Shown: positions 36,852-46,974 of the stretch, piece by piece
How positions within the stretch are numbered: the first letter of the stretch is position 1
How the letters are laid out: every line of letters starts with the position of its first letter
Source: a virus
Virus record (IMG/VR): IMGVR_UViG_3300032331_002448
Coordinates: 20,150-84,149 of that record
DNA length: 64,000 bases
Reading direction: 5' to 3' (one strand)
Made by a program: the position numbers and the translations under genes
The notes under the pieces: model-generated
What the model was told of the DNA's origin: nothing
What the model saw: the letters and a program-made list of their open reading frames with translations, nothing else
Database searches by the model: none

Positions 36852-38763
36852 ATGACTGACACCAACAATCCCTACCCGATCACCCCACCGCCTGAGCTGG
36901 TGCAGCAGTGGATCAACGAGGAAGATGGCCTCACTGCGGGGCACATCGCCACCCAAGCCGCTCAATGGGGCGCCGACCAGGAGTTGGAGGCGTGCGTGAG
37001 CTGGTTAATTAAAAACCAGAATCCACGATGGGCTCTCGCCCTTCAAGACGCCCGCTGCCCGAAGCCCCTGAGCTTGAAGGAGCAGGCAATGCGCGTCCTC
37101 GTTGAGAATGGCACCAACTTAGATGGACGCATGGAGCTTGATTCCACCGACATTGAAACTATCCGCAGCGCACTGGAGGCGCTTCCTAATGATCAACATT
37201 GACTCCGATCAAGGCCGCATTGGTGAGCTGTGGTGGATCAATTCCGAGCCCTCAGTCAAGCATCGCGTTGACTTTGGTTTTGACTTTGCTGGTAACCGCG
37301 TTCTTATGAACTTAGTGCGTTGGGGAACCTGCGGCATCGGTCGTGACATTCGTGTTGCAATGGAGCCGGTCAATGACTGACCTTTCACCACAAGCGCAGG
37401 CGGTGCTGGATACTGTGCGAGAAATCTGTCCTGCACCGGCTGACGAAATTGCCGCCGCCGCCCTTCGTGCTGCTGCGGATCAGGTGGTGCCGGGATGGCC
37501 GTGCGGCAACGACTGTTGTATAACCACCTGCGAGCAAATCCGTGCTGACTTCCTTGCCATCGCCGCCGAGCTTACCGCTCCAACATTGATGGAACGCGCC
37601 TTAGCTGGCGACAAGGACGCTGCCAGGCAGTTTCTTTTTGAAGCTGGCTTCACTGACGAGCACGGCCAACTTACTGGACCTTACAAATCGGAGCAAACTA
37701 ATGACTGATTACCGCGCCCTATGCGAGCAATTGATGGAGTTTGCTGAAGGGAGACGATACGACGGCAGTGCTGTGATAGCCAAAGCCCGTTTCGCCCTAG
37801 CCCAGCCCGAGCCGGTGGCTCCAGTGGCGCCGACTGATGAGGAGCTGATTGACCTTTTTGAAAAAGACTACTGTCACTTCCACATCTGTTCAGAAACTTT
37901 TCTTGACATTGCTCGTTCTGTACTGGAGTTACGATGACTGACTTTCGAGCGCTGTGCGCTGAGCTTCTTGAGGCATTGGAGAACGCTATTCGCGTGATTT
38001 ACCGCGAAGACGGCACCAAGCACATCAGTACTGCGGATCCCGTTATTGCTAAAGCTGATGCCGCCCTGGCCCAGCCCGAGCCGCAGGGGTTGACAAACGA
38101 AGAGATTGAAGAAGCGGCAAAGCTGATTCACGCCTCAATGCGTTTTGCCGTTCCTGACAACCATTACACCAGTGACTGGGTAGAGCATGGCAACTCGCTA
38201 ATGCAAGACGAAGCTAGAAGGACTGCCCGCGCCGTCCTGGCCCGCTGGGGCCGCTTTGCCATCGAGCCGGTGCCGGTGAGTGAGCGCCTGCCGGGGCCGG
38301 AGGATTGCGATGCGGAGGGGCGGTGTTGGGTCTACTGGACCAGGGGCACGCGCTGGGTACTTGACCACTGGATAGACGAGGACTTTGAACAATTTTTGGC
38401 CGAACCTTTAGTGGAAGGTGCTATTTCCCACTGGCTCCCCCATTGGGCGCTGCCGGTGCCGCAGCAGAAGGCAGGTCAATGAAAGCGCCACGGCCTGAGC
38501 CCGATTACCGCCCTGGAATGCGGGAGTACGTCCAATGGGAGAAGGAGTGGAAGGAGAACGGCTCCACTGGGTCGTTCCAGCTATTCCTTATGGACAAGGC
38601 TGCGGACTATGCAGCAGACGTTGAGATGCGGCTGTGGTCTGGGATGCTGAGTGGCGTGGGCTTCATGCACATTGCCGCCACCTACGAGAGGGAGCGCAGG
38701 CCTGTTCCGCCCAAGCCTGAGATCCAGCACAACGGTTTTACCTATCGCCTTGTTGAAGAATGA
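36852..38763 (+). other. GC-rich run of modular hypothetical ORFs with ATGA-coupled overlaps
   Basis: Recurring TD(Y/F)RALC, ALAQPEP and QWGADQELEAC modules. Confidence 0.65.
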
Positions 38764-39386
38764 CAACCACCTTTGTTCACTGCACGCCAAACGCTGAGCA
38801 GCTTATCGTCAAGATGGCCAGGGTGAGCAACCCAGCCAACGCCGACAATACCGCGACAGCGCCAAAGCTGCTGCGGTACTTGATCAACCACAAGCACTGG
38901 TCGCCATTTGAAATGACGAGTCTGTGCATCAAGATCGACACCGAGCGCGACATTGCTGCTCAGATTCTCAGGCACAGATCGTTCAGCTTCCAGGAGTTCA
39001 GCACCCGCTATGCCAAGACCATGCTGGCTGAGATCCCTGCACTGCGTCGGCAAGACACTAACAACCGCCAGAACAGCATCGACGACTTGCCAGATGCGGT
39101 GATTGCTGAGATGAACCGCAGAATGTGCGTCCTATTAATAGATGCTCACCGGCTGTATCAGGACATGCTGGATCTTGATGTAGCTAAGGAGACGGCACGC
39201 CGTATCCTGCCGCTATGTACTCCGACCACGATCTACATGCACGGCACCCTGCGCAGCTGGTTGCATTACATCGAGGTTCGCACTGGCCCTGAAACCCAGC
39301 TGGAACACCGGCTGATTGCTGAAGGTTGCCGGGCAATTTTTGCTAAACAGTTTCCTATTATCGCCGAGGCCGCTTTCCTTGATTGA
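38760..39386 (+). CDS. thyX: flavin-dependent thymidylate synthase
   Basis: RHRSFSFQEFSTRY signature; HWSPFE. Confidence 0.95.
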   Translation: MTTTFVHCTPNAEQLIVKMARVSNPANADNTATAPKLLRYLINHKHWSPFEMTSLCIKIDTERDIAAQILRHRSFSFQEFSTRYAKTMLAEIPALRRQDTNNRQNSIDDLPDAVIAEMNRRMCVLLIDAHRLYQDMLDLDVAKETARRILPLCTPTTIYMHGTLRSWLHYIEVRTGPETQLEHRLIAEGCRAIFAKQFPIIAEAAFLD

Positions 39387-39414
39387 TTTAATTACTCCTT
39401 AATTTACTAAACAA

Positions 39415-39711
39415 ATGCCTAAAGGATTTGGTCCTCCGCCTAAGTACAAAACAAAACAACTTTGGGTTTCTCTTTATAGTCAAGACAATGAAGATGAACC
39501 CATGGAAGTTAAACGTTTACAGGTTCCATTTCTGCCAGGGCAGAACCCTGTAGAAAAAGCAAGGGATCAAGCACGTCTCTGGATGAATGAAAATTCAAAC
39601 ATCTGGGATGTGCTGATCTATGACGGCCCTGATCAAGAGCCAACTAGCGGTGACGCTATCTTGGTTCGGATGTGTCGGGAACCTTTTAATGAGTGTGTAC
39701 AGCTTCAGTAA
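39415..39711 (+). CDS. hypothetical protein
   Basis: ORF track; MPKGFG start. Confidence 0.6.
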   Translation: MPKGFGPPPKYKTKQLWVSLYSQDNEDEPMEVKRLQVPFLPGQNPVEKARDQARLWMNENSNIWDVLIYDGPDQEPTSGDAILVRMCREPFNECVQLQ

Positions 39712-40064
39712 TTGTTGTCTGTGTAAGTCATTCTTTAAAAAGATAGGGTGGGACTTCACCGTGATCAGCGGCAAAGTCCTTCAGTTGCCAGGTAGGGGAA
39801 GCGATAAAAACCCTACCTCCCTGGTAAAAAGACCCTGACATCGCTCTTCTTCGGGCCTCAATTATTCTACCACCTTTTAAAACAAACCATGAACAAGTAC
39901 ACAGCACCAACTATTGTTCTGCTTTTGTGGATGATACTTACTTTTGTTTTTCTTGTAAACCCTCACCTATCAGGCAGATATCTTGCTGTCTGCAACATCT
40001 GCATTTACGTTGGTTCTTTGCTTATGCTTTGGAATGACCAAGATTCTTGACCCTAGAGAGCGGC

Positions 40065-40757
40065 CTAATGCTTGGCTTCGTTCTGTTCTTCTTGATTGTT
40101 TAGAAGATCAGGATCCAGAGTCGAAAGCAATGCTCCAGTATGCCATTGATCAACTAAGTCAATGGATAGAACCTGGCTTAATAGATTCATTGTTTCATCC
40201 ATGGATAACTGCGTACCTTGAACTTTTGGATGAATCCGAAAAGAATCAAAGTAACGCAGGTCCAGAGTGTTTGCTAGAGGATCTTCAGGAATAACTTTTT
40301 CAATTTTGAATTGATCCCAAATTTGATCCGTTGAATAGGGAGGTCTATACCAATAGAACTTCCTATCAACAAAATCAACCAGCCATTCTGGATGTTGTTT
40401 ATGCCAGCGTAACCAAGCTTTGAATTGCTTGTCAGGTTCTTTTGAGGTGCAATCCAGCATCATGCAATCGCCTGGTTCAATGTTCCAACGCATCCGCAAT
40501 ACTGCATTGAATCCTTCTTTGATTGCTTTGATGCCATTGCGGCCTGTCAATTGATTGTTGAGACTGCGCCAGCGTTTGTTTTTGCGTTTCCAATACCAGT
40601 CATTAATTTGACGTTTGGATTTACCAATAGCAAACCCTACGTTCCATGCCCAAAACCCTGGCAAGTATTCATTGCATGGCTCCAGAAAAACTTTACAAAG
40701 TTGACCGTTAACTTTAAATGTTTGGCTGGTAGTATGCCTGCGTACTCGGTAGGTCAT
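40065..40757 (-). CDS. hypothetical Trp-rich protein on the antisense strand
   Basis: ~230-aa ORF, longest in the interval. Confidence 0.65.
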   Translation of the reverse strand: MTYRVRRHTTSQTFKVNGQLCKVFLEPCNEYLPGFWAWNVGFAIGKSKRQINDWYWKRKNKRWRSLNNQLTGRNGIKAIKEGFNAVLRMRWNIEPGDCMMLDCTSKEPDKQFKAWLRWHKQHPEWLVDFVDRKFYWYRPPYSTDQIWDQFKIEKVIPEDPLANTLDLRYFDSFRIHPKVQGTQLSMDETMNLLSQVLSIDLVDQWHTGALLSTLDPDLLNNQEEQNEAKH

Positions 40758-40759
40758 GT

Positions 40760-41287
40760 GTGGAAGAATTAATTTCACTGATCCAGAACGATCCTGAATT
40801 GTGGGAGATCGTTGATCGGCTTAAGCACCAGGACGAAGACCTGGATGATTTCATCTTGAGCATAGCTCAGATGCTTTCAATGGAGTTTGAAGAATTGCAT
40901 CGAACAGATCTCAGCGATAAACTGAGTGCTCTGTTCGGTGGTTTGCCTCCTACGGCGTTCCGTATGGCACCATTGATGTTGCACATTGCATTGGATATTT
41001 TCTTGATGCGTTCTATTCCTGATCACAATTCAATTCGGGATTGAACAATGCAAACAGGATTTGTTCTTTGCAGCCCAGATCTTTCTCGGGTTGTGTGTTT
41101 AACGCCAGACAAGAATGGGTTTCAATTAGAGGATGTTGAAAACACTTTAGTGTTGAACCGTGCCATGTGCTTTCACAACCGCACAGAAGCAAAAAACATC
41201 TTAGGTCGCATTGAAGCTCAAGTAAAAAGAGAGTTAGATATTGAAGTTAAAAATATTGCTCTCCTCTACAAAAAGTTTTACGGATGA
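40760..41287 (+). other. two small hypothetical ORFs upstream of the polymerase
   Basis: ORF track 40760..41044 and 41048..41287. Confidence 0.55.
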
Positions 41288-43131
41288 CTCGTTTCATTCT
41301 TGACATTGAAACCAATGGTTTGCTTCCTGTTCTTACAAAGATCCACTCTATTGTTCTAAGGAATGTAGACACAGGAGATGTAATTAGTTGTGCTGATGAT
41401 CCTGATTATTTCAGTATTGAAAGAGGGCTTGATTACATCTCTGAAGCTACAGAATTGATTGGCCATAACGTCATTAAGTTTGACCTGCCAGTAATTAAAA
41501 AGTTGTATCCAGTCCTTACATTGCGTGATGACTGTAAAATTTATGACACTTTAATTACTAGCAGATTGTTTTGGCCTGAGCTAGATGATGTAGATCATGC
41601 CAGGTGGAGTCACATTGATAAGAAGTACGTTGGCAGACATTCGCTTGCAGCCTGGGGTGAACGCCTAGGTGTTGCCAAGATTGCATTCAAAGAAGAAACA
41701 AAGAAAGAAGATAAAGGTAAAGATGTATGGGCTGAATGGACTCAAAGTATGCAAGTTTATTGCGAACAAGACACTTTGGTTTCATTAAAGTTGTATGAGT
41801 ATATGTTGAGTCAGGATGCTGATCCTCGTTCAGTTGAGCTAGAGCATGAGTTTGCAAAAGTAATTGCAAAGCAAGAAGGATTTGGTTTTCCCTTTAATGA
41901 GAAAGCTGCTTACGCTTTGGTCAATACATTAAAAGCAAAACGTGGTGAGCTTGCTGAAGAATTACAGCAAGTGTTCCCTCGTATTGTTCAAGAACGTTGG
42001 TCAACCAAAACAGGTAAGCGCCTCAAAGACAACGTCATTGAATTTAATCCTGCTTCTAGGCAGCAAACTGCTGACCGCTTGAAGGCAAAGTACCCTGAGA
42101 TTACTTTTGAAACAACAGATAAAGGTAATCCTCAAGTTGATGATGATGTTCTTGAAGCGTTAGGTAAGAATTATCCAGAAGCTAAGTTGCTTGCTGAGTA
42201 CCAGCTGCTAAACAAACGGTTAGGTCAGATTGCAGAAGGTAAAGAAGCATGGTTTAAACACTGCCAGGTTTACGGTGATGGTCGCATCCACGGGGAGGTT
42301 GTGACCAATGCTTGCATCAGTGGTAGGTGCGCTCACAAGCGGCCCAACATGGCCCAGGTACCTAGCGTTGGTCATGCGTACGGTGCTGAATGCCGTGCAT
42401 TGTTCTATGCCCCAGAGGGTTGGACCCTGGTGGGAGCCGACGCTTCTGGTTTGGAGCTACGTGCTTTGGCTGCTTGGCTTGCTTACTGGGATGATGGGGA
42501 GTACGCCCGTCTTGTCAGTGATCCTGCCAGTGATATTCATACTTACAATGCGTTAATGTTTGGTATTTATGATAACAATGAACCTATAAGTAAAGCTACT
42601 AGGGATCTATCAAAGCGTTTGATTTATTGTATTTTGTATGGTGGCGGAGCAAAGAAGACAGGTTCAATTATTTGTCCAGAAAAATTTGAAGATCAACAGT
42701 ACAGACAAGGAAAGAAAACTATTGATACTTTCTACTCTAATCTTCCTGCTATTAAATCATTGAAAGATACAATTGATAAGAGAGTTGATGCTAAAGGTTA
42801 TCTTACAGGTATTGATGGTAGGCGTTTGCAAATTAGATCCAAGCACTCAGCTTTGAATCAATTGTTACAATCTACTGGTGCGTTATTAATGAAAAAAGCT
42901 ACTTGTATTTTGCATGATGATTTAGAAGAGCAAGGTTTAAAACATCATAAAGATTGGGGGTTTTGTGTTTTTTGTCATGACGAATGGCAAATTCTAACAA
43001 AACCTTATTGTGTAAATATTGTTGCAGAAACATCAGTTAATGCTATTGAAAAAGCGGGAAAGTATTTCAATTTGAAATGTTTGTTTACAGGTGAGTATCG
43101 GATAGGTCAAAATTGGCAGGAAACACATTAA
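41284..43131 (+). CDS. polA: family A DNA polymerase (T7-like, with 3'-5' exonuclease)
   Basis: ExoI ILDIET, motif A DASGLELR, motif B RDLSKRLIYCILYG, motif C HDEWQ. Confidence 0.95.
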   Translation: MTRFILDIETNGLLPVLTKIHSIVLRNVDTGDVISCADDPDYFSIERGLDYISEATELIGHNVIKFDLPVIKKLYPVLTLRDDCKIYDTLITSRLFWPELDDVDHARWSHIDKKYVGRHSLAAWGERLGVAKIAFKEETKKEDKGKDVWAEWTQSMQVYCEQDTLVSLKLYEYMLSQDADPRSVELEHEFAKVIAKQEGFGFPFNEKAAYALVNTLKAKRGELAEELQQVFPRIVQERWSTKTGKRLKDNVIEFNPASRQQTADRLKAKYPEITFETTDKGNPQVDDDVLEALGKNYPEAKLLAEYQLLNKRLGQIAEGKEAWFKHCQVYGDGRIHGEVVTNACISGRCAHKRPNMAQVPSVGHAYGAECRALFYAPEGWTLVGADASGLELRALAAWLAYWDDGEYARLVSDPASDIHTYNALMFGIYDNNEPISKATRDLSKRLIYCILYGGGAKKTGSIICPEKFEDQQYRQGKKTIDTFYSNLPAIKSLKDTIDKRVDAKGYLTGIDGRRLQIRSKHSALNQLLQSTGALLMKKATCILHDDLEEQGLKHHKDWGFCVFCHDEWQILTKPYCVNIVAETSVNAIEKAGKYFNLKCLFTGEYRIGQNWQETH

Positions 43132-43135
43132 AGAA

Positions 43136-43627
43136 ATGGAAGCAAAAGAACTTGAAGACGCTCCAGGGTATTGTATTTATCCTGACGGAAAACTTTGGTC
43201 TAAAAAAACAAATAAATTTTTAAAAGATCAAAGAGGCGGTTACAAAGGCGAATACAGAAAATTTTCATTATGGGTAAACGGTAAATACATTAATAAGTAT
43301 GTTCACGTTTTAGTTATGAATTATTTTGGCCCAATAAAACCAAGCATTAATCATGAAATTAATCATATTGACAGTAATAAGTTTAACAATACATTAAACA
43401 ATTTGGAGTGGGTAACTTCTTCCGAAAATACAAAACACGGAGTAAAAAACGGTTTATTTAGCCGCGTTCAATTATCTATTGAAGAAGTAAAAGAAATTAA
43501 AAACATGTTTAAGAATACTCCAGATTATTATGGAAAAGTTGCAAGCATTTCCAAAATGTACGGAGTTTCTTATCACGTTATTTCACAAATTAAACATAAT
43601 AAAAACTGGAGTTATGTCGAAATTTGA
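43136..43627 (+). CDS. HNH homing endonuclease with C-terminal HTH
   Basis: YVHVLV...INHIDSNKFNNTLNNLEWVTSSEN; very AT-rich. Confidence 0.9.
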   Translation: MEAKELEDAPGYCIYPDGKLWSKKTNKFLKDQRGGYKGEYRKFSLWVNGKYINKYVHVLVMNYFGPIKPSINHEINHIDSNKFNNTLNNLEWVTSSENTKHGVKNGLFSRVQLSIEEVKEIKNMFKNTPDYYGKVASISKMYGVSYHVISQIKHNKNWSYVEI

Positions 43628-43725
43628 TGTCCATTAATAAAAAGTTTAAGTATTGACAAAAAGTTTATTGATTTAATTGCCATCCTACAAAAACCCTGTA
43701 CACTGTTCTGGTCCTCCAGGCTTTT

Positions 43726-43896
43726 ATGGAACCGCAGCGCATCTCTGAGATCAAAGCGTCCTTGCTCAACATGGGAACGGACGAGCTTCAAACGATGAGC
43801 GACAATCTTAGTGATCTCATTTCAGTCTTGATGACTCGCCAAGTGGCTGTTGAAGACACCATCCTTGATCGTCTTGAAGCCAGGTTTGCAAAATGA
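43726..43896 (+). CDS. small hypothetical protein (56 aa)
   Basis: Manually translated MEPQRISEIK...; ATGA overlap with next gene. Confidence 0.6.
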   Translation: MEPQRISEIKASLLNMGTDELQTMSDNLSDLISVLMTRQVAVEDTILDRLEARFAK

Positions 43897-44345
43897 CTCA
43901 CCAGTGGGACCAAAGGTTCATGAAGATTGCTCTTGAAGTTTCTTCATGGAGCAAAGATCCATCAACAAAAGTTGGCTGTGTTCTTGTTAGAGACAAGAAA
44001 GTTATCAGCACTGGTTACAATGGGTTGCCAAAAAACCTGAGTGACAATCTCGACCGATTGATGAATCGAGAAGAGAAGTATGAGATAACAGTACATGCTG
44101 AAGTTAATGCGGTAACTACTGCAGCTCTTCACGGCATCAGCACTGAAGGATGTACTGCTTATGTCACCTTCAACCCTTGTAGCAGATGCGCTGCAGTGTT
44201 GATCAACGCAGGAATCAACTCAGTGTACAGCTATGCTGGAGCTGAAATTCCTGACCGCTGGTTAACAAACTTTATTCTGGCCAGCAAAATCCTTGCTGAA
44301 GCCGGGGTAAGCTACGAAACCATCGACATTCCTGATCACAAATGA
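43893..44345 (+). CDS. dCMP deaminase
   Basis: SKDPSTKVG, HAE and PCSRC motifs. Confidence 0.92.
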   Translation: MTHQWDQRFMKIALEVSSWSKDPSTKVGCVLVRDKKVISTGYNGLPKNLSDNLDRLMNREEKYEITVHAEVNAVTTAALHGISTEGCTAYVTFNPCSRCAAVLINAGINSVYSYAGAEIPDRWLTNFILASKILAEAGVSYETIDIPDHK

Positions 44346-45073
44346 ATCTTCTTCTTGCTACAGGCACCTACACAGGCGACAAGTTCACTGACAACGGCTT
44401 GCGTTTCATGCAAGTTTCTATTCCATCAACAAGCAACAATGGTTTAGCTGCTCCTATTTTTGTTGTTCCAAACAAAGCGGCAGGTGATACTTTTGATAAT
44501 TTCAAAGAGAATACAAATGTATTGATTGGCGGTCGCATTTATGTGAGCCGCCAAGATTACATGGTGTATGTCATGCCAGCACAGCCGGTGCAGTTATCGG
44601 GTAACGTGACAATCAATAAAGTTAATCTTGCTGGTCGTGTTGGTGCAATTCCTGAGCAAACCAGGGATGATCTGTTTAACTTTACCTTGATCTGTCAAGC
44701 ACCAGCTCAACAAGTGCTGGGGCATGACGGTGAGAAAGGTATCGGTTTTAGAATGACAGCTTGGGGTGATGATGCTAAGCGTTTGCGTAGCCGTCTTTAT
44801 GTTGGCCGAGGGATTGCATTGGAAGCAGTCATGAAGTACAACACCTGGACTGATAAAGAAGGAAATACTAAAGGCTCCTATCAGTATCAAGTTAGATCAA
44901 ATATGTATTCAATTTTTGATAAGAGTAAAGAACAAAAAGATCAACAAAATGTAGACAAGGTTGTAACAATGAACTCTAATAAAGAGTTAGAAGTTCGTAC
45001 TGTTGAACCTTATCAAAACATTGCGGCCCGTGTGCCAGTTACGCAAGTGGACGAGGACAGCATTCCTTTCTGA
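44342..45073 (+). CDS. SSB-like protein, possibly with two OB folds
   Basis: INKVNLAGRVG, YNTWTDKEG, C-terminal DEDSIPF. Confidence 0.75.
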   Translation: MNLLLATGTYTGDKFTDNGLRFMQVSIPSTSNNGLAAPIFVVPNKAAGDTFDNFKENTNVLIGGRIYVSRQDYMVYVMPAQPVQLSGNVTINKVNLAGRVGAIPEQTRDDLFNFTLICQAPAQQVLGHDGEKGIGFRMTAWGDDAKRLRSRLYVGRGIALEAVMKYNTWTDKEGNTKGSYQYQVRSNMYSIFDKSKEQKDQQNVDKVVTMNSNKELEVRTVEPYQNIAARVPVTQVDEDSIPF

Positions 45074-45144
45074 AAATTAAAGATTCTTAGGGCTTTGCTG
45101 CCAGGAGCACGGCCCTTGATCGTCTAAACTTCTGGAGGTTGATG

Positions 45145-45176
45145 GGTGCTGTCTTGCAGGAGCGGTACCTTTTTTT
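45145..45176 (+). terminator. intrinsic terminator
   Basis: GGTGCTG/CGGTACC stem plus T7. Confidence 0.5.
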
Positions 45177-45243
45177 CCTCAGGCTGGTGCCAGCAACACG
45201 GCGAGGTGTTGTTGTTCAGGTTTGATTCCTGTTCTGGGGACCA
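45176..45243 (+). ncRNA. tRNA-like element ending in CCA
   Basis: TCCTCAG/CTGGGGA stem, CAGG-TTTGATT-CCTG T-arm; no canonical anticodon loop. Confidence 0.45.
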
Positions 45244-45261
45244 CTCAACTTCTTGACTGTA

Positions 45262-46182
45262 ATGTCCGTTCTTGATCGTTACCGCAACACTGAAAAGTAC
45301 CAGGGAATCCTGCGTGACTTTTGCAATTGCCAAATCCTGAATGATAAGACCCAGTGTGGTCTTTTCTTGAAGGATAAAGTGTTGTCACGTATCGGTTGGA
45401 CGGGAACTCCTGATATGTTCCCTGACGCCGAAGAGTATTCTCACGTGTACAACAATGGCGACACTGACAAAGGTGTCTTCTTTAAGACCCCACGCATGGT
45501 AGTTCTTCATTGCGGGTTCCGCAAAGATGTAACCTTCATTGAAAACTCTGATAAAGGTGGCATTGAGGGTCTTTATCCCCGTGACTCCTACCTTTATGAC
45601 CAGTGGGAAGAGCAGAATCCTGGCAAGATGAGCCCTTACAAGCGCCGTCGCCTGATTCTCATGTACCTTGTTACTGAGAAAGGTACGCCCGTTCATAAGA
45701 AACCACTGCTTCTTTCTGTGCATGGTGGTGCCAGCAATCTGTTTACAGATGCTTACGGCACTTTCATTGAGCAGCTAGAGAGTGCTTTTGCTGAATGGTC
45801 AGGATCTAAGAGCAGCACTGGATTTGATCCCAAGCAAACTGCTGCTGCAATCTTTACTCCTACTTTTGCATCTCAACTCTACGGTGAAACCCAGAAGAGT
45901 TGGATTGCTTTCCCTAAGCAATGGGTTGTTCCTACTGCCAAAACGGTAGAGAAGTTCTTCCCTTCTACTGACGATGACATTGATTTCATCGAACAGGTTT
46001 GGGAAACCTGCCCACCTGAAGTGTATGCCAAATCTTTCTTTGAACAGACAAACAAAGAGATTGGTGTTCACGCAATCAAGGAAGGTCTTGATTTCAATCT
46101 GCCTCCTCTCCCCAGTTCTGGCTCTAGCTCCCGTGTTCTGATGGGTGCCAGGGACGCAGAAACTGGAGAAATCAGCTTCTGA
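45262..46182 (+). CDS. hypothetical replication/recombination protein (DUF5895-like, tentative)
   Basis: CQILND..CGLF N-terminus; biased codon usage; acidic C-terminus ending in Phe. Confidence 0.55.
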   Translation: MSVLDRYRNTEKYQGILRDFCNCQILNDKTQCGLFLKDKVLSRIGWTGTPDMFPDAEEYSHVYNNGDTDKGVFFKTPRMVVLHCGFRKDVTFIENSDKGGIEGLYPRDSYLYDQWEEQNPGKMSPYKRRRLILMYLVTEKGTPVHKKPLLLSVHGGASNLFTDAYGTFIEQLESAFAEWSGSKSSTGFDPKQTAAAIFTPTFASQLYGETQKSWIAFPKQWVVPTAKTVEKFFPSTDDDIDFIEQVWETCPPEVYAKSFFEQTNKEIGVHAIKEGLDFNLPPLPSSGSSSRVLMGARDAETGEISF

Positions 46183-46190
46183 TAACGTTT

Positions 46191-46217
46191 GGCCAGGTGT
46201 TATGCCTGGCCTTTTTT
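46191..46217 (+). terminator. intrinsic terminator abutting the next start codon
   Basis: GGCCAGG/CCTGGCC plus T6. Confidence 0.65.
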
Positions 46218-46406
46218 ATGGCTAACTCTAGTACAGAAATTAAAAAAGCTTTAAAAAAATACGGCTGGACCTTGGCAAGGACAGGATCCAAACATTACAT
46301 CTACACAAATGGAACGACCAACATTACTATTCCATTTGGTGACAAGATTTACAGCCGTAGTTACAAGCACATTCTTTTACAGATCAAAGGTAGAACTTTT
46401 TATTGA
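46218..46406 (+). CDS. HicA-like (dsRBD fold) protein
   Basis: EIKKALKKYGWTLARTGSKHYIY...ITIP. Confidence 0.7.
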   Translation: MANSSTEIKKALKKYGWTLARTGSKHYIYTNGTTNITIPFGDKIYSRSYKHILLQIKGRTFY

Positions 46407-46423
46407 CAAAAACCAAGTGATGT

Positions 46424-46666
46424 TTACTCTTCATAACGTGTACGAATTGTAGAGGATTCAAGATTAGCTAACCTCTTAACTAATCCTCTAATCATTGACT
46501 GCCGCATAACAGCTAGCTGGAGTAATTTAATTGCTCCGGCTTTTGCTTGTTCAATGTCAGTGACTGCATTAATTTCATTTGTCAGCTTAGTAATTAAGAA
46601 CTCATCCTCTAAGGTGCTTTCAAAATCATTAGGTCCAAATGGAACTTCAATTACATCAAAGGCCAT
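46424..46666 (-). CDS. hypothetical protein
   Basis: ORF track. Confidence 0.55.
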   Translation of the reverse strand: MAFDVIEVPFGPNDFESTLEDEFLITKLTNEINAVTDIEQAKAGAIKLLQLAVMRQSMIRGLVKRLANLESSTIRTRYEE

Positions 46667-46766
46667 AGAAGCACTGCATGATGTTTACTTTAGCTTTGTG
46701 TAACTTGCTGCCAGTGGTCCCGAGCAGCTGCGGTAAGCTAGGGGCGTCCCTACCTTCCCCCTAACT

Positions 46767-46919
46767 ATGGCAAAAAAGACCTTCAGCGGCAGCGTTCATG
46801 CGCCAGGGCATCCCAAGCGGACGCGGATCGGCAACGGTCTGCGAACCCGTAACCGTGTTTGGACTGGCCGCACTAAACGGTCTAGTCCTCGCAAGGCTTA
46901 CCGGGGTCAGGGGCACTGA
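46767..46919 (+). CDS. small very basic protein (50 aa)
   Basis: Manually translated; ends RKAYRGQGH. Confidence 0.65.
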   Translation: MAKKTFSGSVHAPGHPKRTRIGNGLRTRNRVWTGRTKRSSPRKAYRGQGH

Positions 46920-46924
46920 TTGTT

Positions 46925-46951
46925 GGACCTAAGCACGTCTTTAAACTGCTT
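46925..46951 (+). ncRNA. pseudoknot C (copy 2)
   Basis: GGAC/GTCT and AAGCA/TGCTT. Confidence 0.6.
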
Positions 46952-46974
46952 GTTTTGCACTTTACTTCACTGTA

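Noticed and set aside
43620-43665. Possible stranded polA 3' end after the second HNH gene
   Set aside because: Only a weak C-P-L resemblance; far too degenerate compared with the terL case
46701-46745. Twister-ribozyme-like stretch (TAA, stem, GTCCCGAGC loop, GGGG)
   Set aside because: The conserved GAG after P2 and a clear P1 are missing; it may just be a promoter region
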